64,000 bases of DNA from Octopus sinensis (taxonomy: Eukaryota): assembly GCF_006345805.1 (NCBI RefSeq), contig NC_043005.1:100812001-100876000 (forward strand), written 5' to 3'. The notes beneath the pieces were generated by a model, which ran no database searches, was not told the DNA's origin, and was given only the letters and a program-made list of their open reading frames with translations. Shown in pieces: positions 1 through 13,706 of this stretch. The position numbers and the translations under genes are program-made. Positions within the stretch are counted from its first letter, which is position 1. Each line of letters opens with the position of its first letter.

Positions 1-386
1 AGCTTGTACACGCAAAAGTTCAGCTTACCTGGGGTGCCAGCAACCCTAGGGCTGGCCCTGGCCACAAGTAACAGATAACATACTGAGGCGGGGAAAAGTC
101 ATCTTAATTAAAAAATGAACAAATGTCCCCTGTAGAAAAGGAAGCATACATCTACCATGGACAGGACAACAACGATACTATAACAGCAGGGGAAAAGAAT
201 AATAGGAATATTTGCCCTTGACAGGATTTGAACTCAGCCACGCAGGGTCCATGTATTCCTTCTGATGGGCTAATGAATTAGTCAGTTTACCACCATGTGT
301 GTGTGTGTGTGTGTGTGAGTGTGTGTGAGTGTGTGTGTGTGTGTGTACATACATACACACACACACACACAAACATACACATATAC

Positions 387-568
387 TCTTTTACTCGTTT
401 CAGTCATTTGACTGTGGCCATGCTGGAGCACCACCTTTAGTCGAGCAAATCGCCCCCAGGACTTATTCTTTGTACTTATTCTATTGGTCTCTTTGCTGAA
501 CCACTAAGTTACGGGGACGTAAACACACCAAGCGATGTTGGGGGGTGGGGACAAACACAAACACACAA

Positions 569-625
<57 letters not shown>

Positions 626-730
626 CATACGACAAGCTCCTTTCAGTTTCCATCGACCAAATCCACTCACAAGGCTTTGGTTGGCCTGAGGCTATAGTAG
701 AAGACAGTTGCCCAAGATGCCACGCAGTAT
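387..730 (-). mobile_element. tRNA-derived SINE family A, 5'-truncated
   Basis: Near-identical to the full copy at 17108-17505 (GTCATTTGACTGTGGCCATGCTGGAGCA...CAAATCCACTCACAAGGCTTTGG), with an internal (CA)n tract. Confidence 0.8.
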
Positions 731-1124
731 ACAACAAACCATTTACAAACTGTGAGGCTTATTTTGTAGACTAAAATTTATTGAATGTTTCATGTCAACT
801 GGCTTGTTCAACTGGTCTGGCTGAATAAGCTGATACAGCAAACATTAAAATCCTAATCAACTGAAAAAATGTGCACACACAGAGCGGAGGAATTATTTGG
901 TAAGAGTCATCAGAAATAAGTTCCCAAACTGTCTTCCATACTCACTGGAGTCTTGCTTAAGTGGTTGATACCCCATAACCCTTTAAGAAACAACCCATCT
1001 GAGACTGTTCCTGGTCCTATGATACAAACTTATTGTTTTAAAGTAATCTAAGTTAAAACCTTCAAACAAAATTCCATGTTAATTTACGTTTCAAACGCCA
1101 GTTTAATAATCCTTTCTACTATCT

Positions 1125-1275
1125 GGTGGGTGGGGTTAAGTCGATTACATCGACACCAGCACTAATCTGGTATTTAATTTATTGATCCCGTAAGGATGAA
1201 ATGCAAAGTCAGCCTTGGCAGAATTTTAACTCAGAACATAATGATGAGCAAAACAGCACTAAGAATTTCATTTCA
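1125..1275 (-). mobile_element. SINE family B fragment
   Basis: Degenerate match to the recurring GTCGATTACATCGACCCCAG...GAAAGGATGAAAGGCAAAGTCGACC core. Confidence 0.65.
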
Positions 1276-1382
1276 GTTTGGAGGGTATATCAGCTGAAAC
1301 GTGTTAACAACAAACAAGATGAGGACAAATATCCATCAAATGTAAATAATGTAAATAATGTCTTATACACACATATATCTAT

Positions 1383-1435
<53 letters not shown>

Positions 1436-1884
1436 GAGAGAGAAAGAGAGACAACTTATCACAAGGCTTTGTTGAGGCAAAGTTTCTTAGCTGCCATATA
1501 ATCAACTTAGAATGCTAATAATACAATTACCACCACTACCACTGCCGTCGCCGCTGCTGCTGCTGCTACTACTACTACTACAAAAAAACAACAACAGTAG
1601 ATGTAATTTGAAGTAAGAAAATGGCAAAGACTTTAGAGTACACTAACAAATTTGGATTCAATCACGCATCTTCACCAAATATGGTTGGAGAATTCATTGC
1701 ATACACACATACATATAGATTTAAGTATATACATGCATACACATTCATGCATATATACACTTACACATCTCCACAAGCATGTATGATGTGCATACATACA
1801 CACATATACACACATAGATAAGTATATCAATTAATTATGTAAATGTGGTCACCAAAAAAAATAGCAATTCTTCAATAAATACAT

Positions 1885-2550
<666 letters not shown>

Positions 2551-2817
2551 TCACACACACACACATGTACAGGCATGTATAGATATATATATATAAACAC
2601 ACGTGTACACTCACACATATCATACACAAGCATACACACACTCACACACAAACCACTGAATATAAGTTTTTTGTTTTAGTTTCTTCCATGTCATTTTTTA
2701 AAAAATACTTTTTCACAAAATCTTATTTCTCTTAGAAGACAATCTTTTCAGCTAAAACTACTGGCTAGACCTCACCCCAACCCCTGCTCTCTCACACACG
2801 CTTTCTCTGATTCTCTT

Positions 2818-2854
<37 letters not shown>

Positions 2855-4498
2855 TGCTGTCTCTTTGTCTCCCTCTTTCACACTTGCTAACTCCGTCTTA
2901 CCTGCCACCATGCATATCCCCTCCCTTACTCTATCTGTCTGTTTGTCTTTTTCTCTTTCTCTCTCTCTCTTTCGCCCTCTCACATACACTCTCTCTCTCT
3001 CTCTCTCTCTATCTTGCTCTCTCTCTCTCTCTCTCACCTCATTCACTTTTATTTATTCAGTTTTAGAAAAATATCAAAAAAAAAAAGAACCAAATTCTTT
3101 CCTTAATTGATGTTGTCTTTTCCATAAAACAAAGACACAATGAACGGAGCTGGCGTATTGAATATAATACTGTATACTCGAGTAAATAGACAGATCCTCT
3201 GAGACAGAATATGATAGCTGAAAATGTCTATGCACACACACATACACACACACATGCACGCACGCACACACACATGCATGCACGCATGCGCGTGTATAAC
3301 ACACACACTCTTGCTGAGGCAATTACATACACATCTGCATGCATACAAACACATGCTCACGGATACTTACGCATGGATGCACAGATATACGCATACGAAC
3401 CTCTGTTTTACTTAGCTTTCATCAGCTTTTGCATTTCTTCAACAGACACAGTATAGATTTGTGTGCTGGTGTAAAAATCAATAACGACTGTCGAGTATCC
3501 TATAAAGAAAGATGATTTCGATGTTTGTAGGTTGAGAGGGGTGGGTCGGTGGGTCGGTGGGCCGGCTGGTAGAGATAGAGAGAGGGAAAGAGGCGGAGGA
3601 GGAGAGAAAGGAAAATGAGTGGGGGAAGAGACAGAGAAAAAAGAGAGAATGAGTGTGTGTATGTGCATGCACACACATGTGCGCACGTGTGTGTGTGTGT
3701 GTCTGTATGAATGAGAGGGTGGAACAAGGAAAACTGAAGTAACATTGAATAACATTAACAAACAAAAATCTACACAAACTGTTGAAAGATTTGCTTTTGA
3801 AGCTCTAATGGACTGTATTTAGTTTTGATGGTTCCTGCATGAATTACAATTGATTTTTTGTTTCTTTTTTGCTCTTCCATAATTTCAAGCCTCTGTCTTC
3901 TCCCAAACAAATCATAGCACAGTACTACTATCATGATAGTTAGTCTAAGATTTCACTCTTTCTTATAACAAAACAAATATGAGGCAACCAGGAAAAAAGT
4001 GATTCGGTATATTTGGTTTTTTTGAAAAGAAATTTCAATCAGCCAAATTAGTAAGTGATGGCTAAAAATTAATCTGAACGATGGAAATATTGTAGAAATA
4101 TAGTGATTTAAAAAAAAATTTACTTTGAATTAAAGCTTGCTAAAGATATTAAAATAATTTTGTTTGCAACAGTGCTATAGTAAATTCATGGAATATAAAT
4201 ATCAGCTAAGAGAATAGTATGTTTAAATTTTGTATGAAAGAATCTTTAAGATTTTATCTTTTGCTTGTTTCTGTCATTGAACTGTGACCATGCTGGAGTA
4301 GCATCTTGAAGATGTTTGGTCAAAGATATTGGCTTCAGTCGAGTCTGCTTTGCCGAACTGTTGATTACAGGGATGTAGACAAATCAACACTATTTGACTA
4401 GTGTGATGAAGGACAAACACAACACAGACACACACATATACATTCATATATATATATATATACACATACATACATACAGATACATATGTATGTGTGTG

Positions 4499-4546
<48 letters not shown>

Positions 4547-4762
4547 ATATTATATATATATATATCATCATCATCATCATCATCATCGTTTAGCGTCCGC
4601 TTTCCATGCTAGCATGAGTATTTATATATAAATAAATGGAGTTTAACACAGGTATAATTAACAAGGGAAAAATACACACATCTATTTATATATATATACA
4701 TATATATATATATACACATACATATGTATATATACACATACATACATACAGATACATATGTA

Positions 4763-4801
<39 letters not shown>

Positions 4802-4859
4802 TATACACATACAGACATACATACAGATACATATGTGTGTGTGTGTGTATATATATATA

Positions 4860-4990
4860 CACGGTGTCCCAAAAAACTGTATACACATAGTGGTTCGGCA
4901 AAAGAGAACGATAGAATAAGTATTAGGCTTACACAGAATAATAAATTTACAATTATTTAAGGTGTGTATACATTTTTTTGGGACACCCTG
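4860..4990. mobile_element. Tc1/mariner-type MITE, 131 bp
   Basis: Inverted termini CACGGTGTCCCAAAAAACTGTATACAC and GTGTATACATTTTTTTGGGACACCCTG, flanked by TA. Confidence 0.75.
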
Positions 4991-5129
4991 TATATATATA
5001 TATATATATTTTGTTATATTTCGGAATGGTCATTTTGCCAGTTTAACCAATAAAAACACATGCACTATATATTTGGTGTTACTTTGCTTCAGTGTTATTT
5101 ATTTTTTACATTAATCTTAATCTTATTCT

Positions 5130-5174
5130 GGCCAGAGTTCTTTCATCACACTCCTGTGACCTCATCAGTGGTCC
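5130..5174 (-). ncRNA. Minimal type-I hammerhead ribozyme-like motif
   Basis: Minus strand reads GGACCA-CTGATGA-G-GTCACA-GGAG-TGTGAT-GAAA-GAA-CTC-TGGCC. Core boxes intact, stem II present, stem I imperfect. Confidence 0.6.
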
Positions 5175-5237
5175 TTTGCTCTCTTCTTTCTTATTTGTGT
5201 GTCTCTCCTTACTAACGGTCAGCCATTTTGTATTTTG

Positions 5238-5303
<66 letters not shown>

Positions 5304-6322
5304 TTTAAGTTCGTTTATGAGAAGCATTTTCAAATATGCATATAAAAGCGAGTTTGTATGTTTGTGTGTGTGTATGTTCCTTATGCATTCCAAAATGGAG
5401 TTGCCTATTTTCACGTATGGGGTATCAAAAGATTCAGTAGGCTTTTAGCTACAACTAAACTATATTTTCATTCACATATTTGCATTACAAAAATTTAACA
5501 TTGTCATTTTCTTTTAGTCATCTATCATAAATGACATTTTATAATTTTATATCACCACCACAACAACAATGACATCACATTTTCTATACGTGTTTGTTCG
5601 CGCATTCGTTACGTATGTTAGGCCGATGACTGACAAGTATATGTGTGTGATGGTGTATGTGTCTGTCAGTATACATACATTTTTGTGACAACTGACACAC
5701 ACTGGGACCGAGATAGGCTTCAGGTGTGTGTTAATGTGTGTGTGTGTGTTTGTCTTATTTTATGTATGTAACTTTCTCCTGCCCAACAGTGAAATGTGCC
5801 GATATTGAAAGTTTAGTTGTGGCTGGACTTTAAACGAACAACATTGTTCACTTTGAAGTACTACCAGCATGAAGATTTGGTTGATTTAACACCACCCACA
5901 ATATCTTAAGAAATAAAATGTTGTTCTGGTTATTATAACAAATTTTGAAACTTAAGAAAGTAGAAAACCTCAGCGGCTCTTTCAATATAATTACAGAAAT
6001 GTTATTCCACTCCTTTTAACCAGTTTCAAGATAATGTTTTTTAAACAGTCCTTGTATTCTTCATCACTGTGAGTATCAACGTTGCAGAACCTTTTTACTG
6101 CTTTAGTCAGTATTTATTCTACAGCCTGTAATGTTCGTTAAAAAATATGTAGCAATGACAAATTAATTTATATCTTGCTACAGACATCCTTCAGCAAATA
6201 TTTTTTAATTAATGTTTCAACAACAGCATCTCCCTTGCCATACATTTGGTTCAACGTTCATTTCAAAATTGTAAAATAAATTATTTTTGTATGAAAACAT
6301 GATTTATGCCTTCTGAACTTTC

Positions 6323-6460
6323 TTGGACTTACGAATTGAACCTGCAACAGGATTGCCAATTACAAACAAAAAGGTGTTGTCAAATGACTTCTATTCTTAC
6401 CAACTGATGTTAAGACCAGAACAATCAAATCAATTACACATGTCAAATAAACTTTATTTT
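6323..6460 (+). mobile_element. Helitron Rep-region fragment
   Basis: Translation KKVLSNDFYSYQLMLRPEQSNQLHMSNKLY resembles the Helitron Rep motif K.VS...FY.YRLM.R....N.L. A Helitron-like 5' sequence (TATAAAAGCGAGTTTGTATGTTTGTGTG) lies near 5340. Confidence 0.55.
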
Positions 6461-6959
6461 CATTTAAATATTTTCTATGTTATCTCAACAACCAGCTGTA
6501 GTTATTTCAAATACACTTCTCTACAACGACCAGGTTTCATGACAAAATGAAAATAGTTTCACACTTTCAATTTGAACCAAAATTACAAAATGTTGCATTA
6601 TGAGAGTGACGATGTGTGAAAAATGAAAGTAATGTTTCTCCAAATTAGTCACATCTGTATTATAATAAAGAAAGCTGCTTATTATCTATCTACCAAATAA
6701 ACTATGTTTTTGACTCAGCAACTCGTTTTTAAAACTAAAATAACCTCAGCATGTAGGTTGGGTCACACAATTTTCAGGTCATATTCAGACAATATTTCAA
6801 TTTGCTTCCAATGTTTCACTTTCGACTGATGCTTCACGCATGCGTGTCATTCTACTCAGACAAAATATTTATGAAAATGTATGCATAAATATTGTAATAA
6901 AATGAGCCACAACCAAAAAAATTGCATTAAAAGACATCCATTTTTCTATATGTTATGAG

Positions 6960-7633
6960 GAAATACAGGATATGTGTAGGCTTGAAAGAAATGAATCCAG
7001 CATGCATCGCTGGATGTGCAATGTCAGTGTGCATGTTTGACAGAGTGTAAGCATCTTGAGAGAAAGGTTAGGCATAAGAGGCATCAGATATGGTGCGCAA
7101 GGGAGAAGACTGTGCTATATGGTCATGATGTATATGAATGATGACAGTTGTGTAAAGAAGTGCTGGTCTCTGTGAAGGGAACTGGTGGTAGAGGTAGACC
7201 CAGAAAGACATGGAATGAGGTGGTGAAGCATGATCTTCGAACTTTGGGCCTCACAGAGGCAATGACTGAGACCTTTGACATTATGTCATGCCTGATATGA
7301 GGACATGAAGACCCGTCATGCCAAGCAAAATCATAGTCCTGGCAGAAATGGGCCTCGTGGAGGCAATGACCGAGACTTTTGAAGCACGTTTCAAGCATTG
7401 GGCCTCATGGAAGCAAAGTGGTTGAGCTCCTTTTGAGTGTTGGGCCTCAGGGAATTATGTCATGCTTGAGAAGAAGACCCATAAAGCTGAGCAAAATCTC
7501 AGTCATAACAGATACTGGTGTCATGCAAATGGCACCCATGCTGGTGGTACATAAAAGCACCCATTGCATTCTCAGAGAGGTTGGTGTTAGGAAGAGCATC
7601 CAACCGTAGAAACCATGCCAAATGATGATGATG
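6960..7633 (+). mobile_element. Degenerate RTE LINE 3' fragment
   Basis: Homologous to the 62650-63100 ORF end (GGTAGACCCAGAAAGACATGG...GTGAAGCATGATCTTCGAAC), followed by 3' UTR and a (TGA)n tail. Confidence 0.8.
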
Positions 7634-7758
7634 ATATATGTGTGTGTGTGTATGTATACATATGTGTGTGTGTATACATGCAAATAGATTTATTTCACTG
7701 GAATTATCATATGTTTACAAGGCCTAGACAGGCATCTGCAGCAAGCAAGCCATGCTGC

Positions 7759-7800
7759 TCCAGACTGATGACAAGCAAGACTCAGAAACTAGTCTCTGGA
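7759..7800 (+). ncRNA. Minimal type-I hammerhead ribozyme motif
   Basis: TCCAGA-CTGATGA-CAAGCAAGACTCA-GAAA-CTA-GTC-TCTGGA. 6-bp stem I, intact core, palindromic ACTAGT stem III, GTC triplet; stem II eroded, consistent with CpG decay of CGAG/CTCG. Confidence 0.7.
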
Positions 7801-8249
7801 TGCAGGCTTAGTTGGATGGGGGTGCTTGTCTCCCCCTTGTAAACATAAGGACACAGGAAATGTGTCAAGGCCGACAGAAAGCGTTGATGCTTCCTAGGGC
7901 TAAATAGCGGTGGTGTGATTCCCTTCATGGGACTGTCACGTTAAGTTGACAGTATACAACTGCTCTATCGTACCACCACTGCTTATATTTTCGTTGAGAT
8001 ATTTAGAAATGTAATATTTCTATCTTAGATATTAATAGATTGAACTTATAAGGAGTACAAAAAATAAAGAAAATTAAAGGGCAGGGAATAAAGTGTTATA
8101 AGTCCAACAGCCGTTTCTGGAGGCTTGGAGATTTATCATTATGTTGGGAGATGCAGTTCTTTAAGATATGCAGCCAGTAATGGAAGCAATGTTTATTTGT
8201 TTCCATTACTGACTGCATATTATCCGAAATTATGATGGATCTCCAAGTC

Positions 8250-9268
8250 CCTAGAAGTAGTTGATAGCTTCTGTTATCCATATAATTCAATTAACAGTAG
8301 AAGATCATGCCCTGAAAACATTAATTAGAGTAAGGATGTGGTGGAAAAAGTTCTGTTGAGAATTCCCTCTCCCTGAGTTGAAAGGCCCACTGTATGATGC
8401 TTGTGTACCAAGTGCAATGCTGCATGGTAGCAAAATATCATCACTAAATGTAGATGTGCAGAGGCTGGGAAGAAACGAGGTGAACATGATCCATAGGATG
8501 TGTGATGTTAGCATTCAAGAATACATCATCATCATCATTTAACGTCCGCTTTCTATGCTGGCATGGGTGTGACGGTTCAACTGGGGTCTGGGAAGCCAGA
8601 AGGCTGCACCAGGCCCAGTCTGATCTGGCAGTGTTTCTACAGCTGGATGCCCTTCCTAACGCCAACCACTCCGTGAGTGTAGTGGGTGCTTTTTACGTGC
8701 CAGACGAGGCTGGCCGACGGCCACGATCGAATGGTGCTTTTTATGTGCCACCGGCACGGGGACCAGACGAAGCTGGCAATGGCCACGATCGGATGGTGCT
8801 ATTTTACGTGCCACCGGCACGGAGGCCAGTCGGGCGGCGTTGGCTATGGCCACGTTCGGATGGCTCTCTTACGTGCCACCGGCACTGGTATCACAGCTAC
8901 AAATTCCATTGATGTTGATAGATTACGATTTTGATTTTGATCTTCACTTGCCATACAAATGAAATATATGAGGGATAATCAAATCAAGTGGATATGAGAG
9001 TAGCTTGAGCTGATATGGAAAACGTATGATGCGTATGGAAAACGTCAGTTGTGCAAAGATGTGCCACGAGATCCAAGTGGAGGTAACCTATGAAAGAAGA
9101 AGACTAGGAAGAAAAGGGGAGAAGTGGTAGAAGATGGTCGCAGGAGGTTGAACCTTACAAAAGGGCTGACAGTAGATTGCAGTAAGTTACGAGAGGCTGT
9201 GATGGGGCAGACCCATCAAGCTCATGCAAGTATGAAAATACGGACAGATGATGATGATGATGATGATG
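8250..9268 (+). mobile_element. Old RTE LINE 3' fragment interrupted by a younger RTE 3' end
   Basis: LEVVDSF and LYDACV..AMLHGS-coding remnants at 8250-8515 resume at about 8950 and end in (TGA)n. Confidence 0.7.
8525..8950 (-). mobile_element. RTE LINE 3' UTR (5'-truncated copy)
   Basis: Matches 61837-62650, with a (CAT)n tail on the + strand and about 60-bp repeat units. Confidence 0.85.
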
Positions 9269-9909
9269 AGGAGGAGGAGGAGGAGGAGGAGGGAGGAGGA
9301 GGAGAGGAGGGGTTGGGGGAGAAGGAGAAGGGGAGGAGAAGGTGAGGAAGAGAGGGTGAGGAGAGGTACGGGGAGGAGGGGGAGGAGAGGTGACGGGGAG
9401 GAGGAGGAGGAGAGGAGGAGGTTACCATTCTTAAGAGAAGCAAGAATTTATTTTAATCTCAACAGAATAATTGACTTTGATTTTGGCTTGATTTTGTAGA
9501 TAATGCATAAAGCCAGCTGAATAGGATTTAGTGTATTGTCGTTTCAAGTAATAATGGGTGTTGGGAAGATGAAAAGGAAATTCTGAATTCACAGAAAATC
9601 CCATTTATTTGATAGGCAACCTTTTAATGACAAATGTATCAAGATTTGAACCCAAAACATTAAACCACTGAACTAAGTACCGTAAATCACCAAATCACAG
9701 GAGTCTTTTACTATTCCACATCAAATCAACTTACTATGAATGTGAACCTTTATTAACTATTGTTGAAATATTGATTGTGTCACTTACACAGTTCTGCACT
9801 CAACTACCACCACACACACACACACACACACACACATTCAAATGCTGCAACGTCAACAATCTCCTCTAGGAGTGTGCAGTCACTGTGAATGGAAAGGTCT
9901 TTGCTAAAA

Positions 9910-10125
9910 TTCTTTTCTGCTCTAGGCACAAGGCCTGAAATTTTGGGGGAGCTGGGGCCAGTCGATTAGATCGACCCCAGTACACAACTTGTACCTAATT
10001 TATCGACCCCGAAAGGATGAAAGGCAAAGCTGACCTCAGTGGAATTTGAACTCAGAATGTTAAGACACAAAATACTGCTAAATATTTTGCCCGGCATGCT
10101 AACACTTCTGCCAACTCACTGCCTT
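9910..10125 (-). mobile_element. tRNA-derived SINE family B
   Basis: Family core plus a B-box-like GAGTTCAAATTCC on the minus strand. Confidence 0.75.
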
Positions 10126-12419
10126 AAGCTCTTTGCTAATGATGATGATAATGCAGCATTTTTGACACCAAACTGTAGATGCTCCACATACAAGTTAGTT
10201 GATTTGAATCAGTGTGTTTTGGCCATGCCAGAGCACTATCTCATTCTACAGTGTTTTGGTTCCTTTATATCTCATGATATATATTGGGAATTTCATTGTT
10301 TATATGTGTGTTCACCTTTGTGGTTGCAATAGGTGACTCGACACTTATGATAATATTCTACAGATGACTGCTGTCCTACACTGGCAGTAACAACATACAG
10401 AAGACTCCTACTTAGACTAATGAAAAAAATGAGAATTGATGAATGTAAAATCTAGAATCCAAGGAAGCTGTGGAATTGCATTGACAAGAATAAAACGAAA
10501 TTAAGAAAACTGTGAAAATGTTATGACCCCTCTGTTGCTGTGTTTTCTCTGTTGAAGGACAAATGTCTGAAAAGTCGATTTACTCCTCACAGTAGTTCAT
10601 CTACTCCTCATGTTAGTTCATCTTCTACTCTATATTGAAGAACAAAAGGCCAAAGCAGCAAACTTTCTACTCTTCATGGTCGCTGAGTTTATTCCGCAAT
10701 CAACAAAAACTGTACATGATTGAATGCTATGTCCTACAATCATAGACATAACTATATTATCAAAAAATACTGCCATCCATTGAAGTGTAAAACTAACACA
10801 GAAGGTATTTATGATTTAACCTAGCAATAAAATCAGTCTTCCACTGATGCAACAACTATATTCGCAATTCGTTATTTTGATTCTTCAGTTCAAATTTAGG
10901 TTCCTTAATCCCTACATGCTATATCAACCGATCTATCTTGGATGATGTGTGAGAATTTACAATACAAACCAGAGAGAAACGTAACAGATTCACACCACTA
11001 GACAAATTTAACCAGTGCCATTCACAGGATGGCCTTATTTACCTTTCAGTTAGACATTAATTCCCAGTAGATTAGCAAATAGAAATAACTGCCTAAAATC
11101 AATAGCTTATAACATTGATTTGAGAGCACAGATAGAAGGAAACAAGTGAATTAGATGAAGTCTGTCAGCTTGAGAGAAATTACAGCACTTCTGTTTAACC
11201 TCTGTTTCCCTCTATTACTATGAGTTGGACAGAAAAATATATAGTTATTGGTGAAATTAAATTAGAGAGATAAAATATGAAACTGAAAAACTGATACTGT
11301 GCAAGCAAAATGTATAACATCACTTACCTAATGGCATATTATTCAACAAATATAGATTTATATAGTTTTTAAAACCTATTGACAAAAGCTGCTATCATTC
11401 CAGTATTCTGTTTGAAAATGGCATAAATGTAACTTTCAATGCAACAATTAGCAGAGATAAATAGATTCTGTACAGGAAGAAAGTTTTAAAAAGCTATTGT
11501 GCTAATATTTAAAAAATAAACAACAAATTCAAATTTGTTGAATACAAAAAGAAAAAAAATTAATTAGTAGAATATAAGAGAAAGGTCCCAAGAGATATGA
11601 TTCAGTATCACATTTGGATGGAGCATTACATTGGGAATGGAATTTCCAATAGTTCAGTGAGAACTTCTGCTGCAGCCATTACTATTTTTAGTTCAGCATT
11701 AACTAAAAATTAAAAAAGAAAAGAATTTTATATGAGAGATGTGTCTTTCTAATCACAAAAAAAATGGCATCTCTTTCTCTGAAGAACAGCAGGGAAGGCA
11801 CTTTTATGTCAGCTGAGAATCTTTTTGAACCAAAAAAAGGTGTGAAGTCAACTTATTTGGAGATAAATTTCACACAAATTCCGTTTTCTTTTTTTCTCTT
11901 TTGCAAATCCCTCTCCAGTCTATAGAATGGTGAAAGAGCAGCATTCTAGTCAAAAAGTTGTATACCTCTTTGTGAAAGTACCTTACGCAATATCACATCA
12001 TCTGTTGTGTAAGTTTTGGGTGACAAAACTTACACAACAGATTTCAAGATGACAAATATCAGATTTCTAGGAGAGGAAGTAAGAACAGTAAAACAATAGA
12101 CAGAAACATACACACACTGCATAGCATCATCATCATCATCAACATCATTTTAACATCCATTTTTCCATGCTTGCACAAGTCAGAAAGAGTTTAATGAGGC
12201 ACGTTTTCCTTTGATTGGATGCCCTTCCTGTCACCAACCTTTACCTGTTACAGCTTCCATCTACCAAATCCTCTTAAGGCTTTGGTTGGGAAGGAGCTAT
12301 AGAAGAAGACATTTGCCCAAGGTGCCACACAATGGGATCGAACCGGGAATCATGTGGCTGGAAAGCAATCTCTTACCACACTATTATGCCTGCATAAAAG
12401 GTGAAAAAGGAAATGGTTA

Positions 12420-12750
12420 AAGACTCCCTTTGGTCATGGATGAACATAAGATTTCACCTTAGAATGTTCCCCTCTGAAGAAAAGATCAGGGTAAGGTAGT
12501 TTATGGAAGACCAGCAGTCACCTATGCATACCAGCCTCCACCTCCACACTGCTAATGTTGTCCAAGGGAAAGGCAAAGGCCAATACAGTTTGGCAACAAT
12601 GATGACACAACCCATTTCTACAGCTGAGTGAACTGGAGCAACATGAAATAGAGTGTCTTGCTCAAGAACACAACATGCAGCCTGGTCCAGGAATCAAACT
12701 CACTACATCAAGATTCTGATCCCAATATCCTAACCACTGAGCCATGTACC
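12420..12750 (-). mobile_element. tRNA-derived SINE family D
   Basis: Matches 31975-32310. Minus-strand head has A/B-box-like TGGCTCAGTGG and GAGTTTGATTCC followed by TTGAGCAAGACAC. Confidence 0.75.
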
Positions 12751-12764
12751 TGCATCTATATCTT

Positions 12765-12811
<47 letters not shown>

Positions 12812-12849
12812 CTCTCTCTCTATATATATATATAATATATATATATCAA

Positions 12850-13332
12850 AACAAATCAAAATAGATGAACATCAATGGAATTTGTATCTTTGTGGTAACA
12901 CAAGAAAACCATCCGAACGTGGCCGTAGCCAGTACCGCATCGACTGGCCTCCGTGCTGTGGGCACGTAACAAGCACCATCCGATCGTGGCTGTTTGCCAG
13001 CCTCATTTGGCACCTGTGTCGGTGGCACATAAAAACACCATCCGAGCGTGGCCGTCTGCCAGCCTCGTCTGGCACCTGTGTCGGTGGCACATAAAAAAAC
13101 ACCATCCGAGCGTGGCCGTTTGCCAGCCTCGTCTGGCACCTGTGTCGGTGGCACATAAAATCACCCACTACACTCTCGGAGTGGTTGGCGTTAGGAAGGG
13201 CATCCAGCTGTAGAAACACTGCCAGATCTGACTGGACTGGTGCAGCTTTCGGGCTCCCCAGACCCCAGTTGAACCGTCCAACCCATGCTAGCATGGAAAG
13301 CGGACGTTAAATGATGATGATGATGATGATGA
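12850..13332 (+). mobile_element. RTE LINE 3' UTR copy with about 61-bp tandem units
   Basis: Repeated GGTGGCACATAAAAACACCATCCGAGCGTGGCCG units, the family terminus and (TGA)n. Confidence 0.85.
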
Positions 13333-13494
13333 TATATATAGATAGATAGATCCATCTTAGTCAGTCAGTGGCTGGACTCCACTACCTCATATGTTCTTAA
13401 AATTTAAATCCACATCTTTGTCTGTATATCTACCTTCTCTATAATGTTGCCACTTGATTTGAAAATTTTCAAATCAAATGGAAAACCTCTATAA

Positions 13495-13580
13495 TTGGCT
13501 GATGAGTACTCAGCATCTTAAATCTGATGTAATACTTACAACATTTAATAAAATGATGTAGTACGAAACGATCGTACCAA
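13495..13580 (+). ncRNA. Type-I hammerhead ribozyme with intact core
   Basis: TTGG-CTGATGA-GTACT...AGTAC-GAAA-CGATC-GTA-CCAA. All canonical core nucleotides, stems I and II, palindromic ACGATCGT stem III and a GTA cleavage triplet. Confidence 0.8.
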
Positions 13581-13619
13581 ATTACCGGAGTCATTCTTGT
13601 TGCTTATTTTGATTATATA

Positions 13620-13706
<87 letters not shown>

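Noticed and set aside
11626-11702. Minus-strand acceptor plus NAELKIVMAAAEVLTELLEIPFPM*
   Set aside because: No resemblance to AGBL4 or any protein I recognise, and its phase is incompatible with the 36703 donor; unsupported without RNA data.
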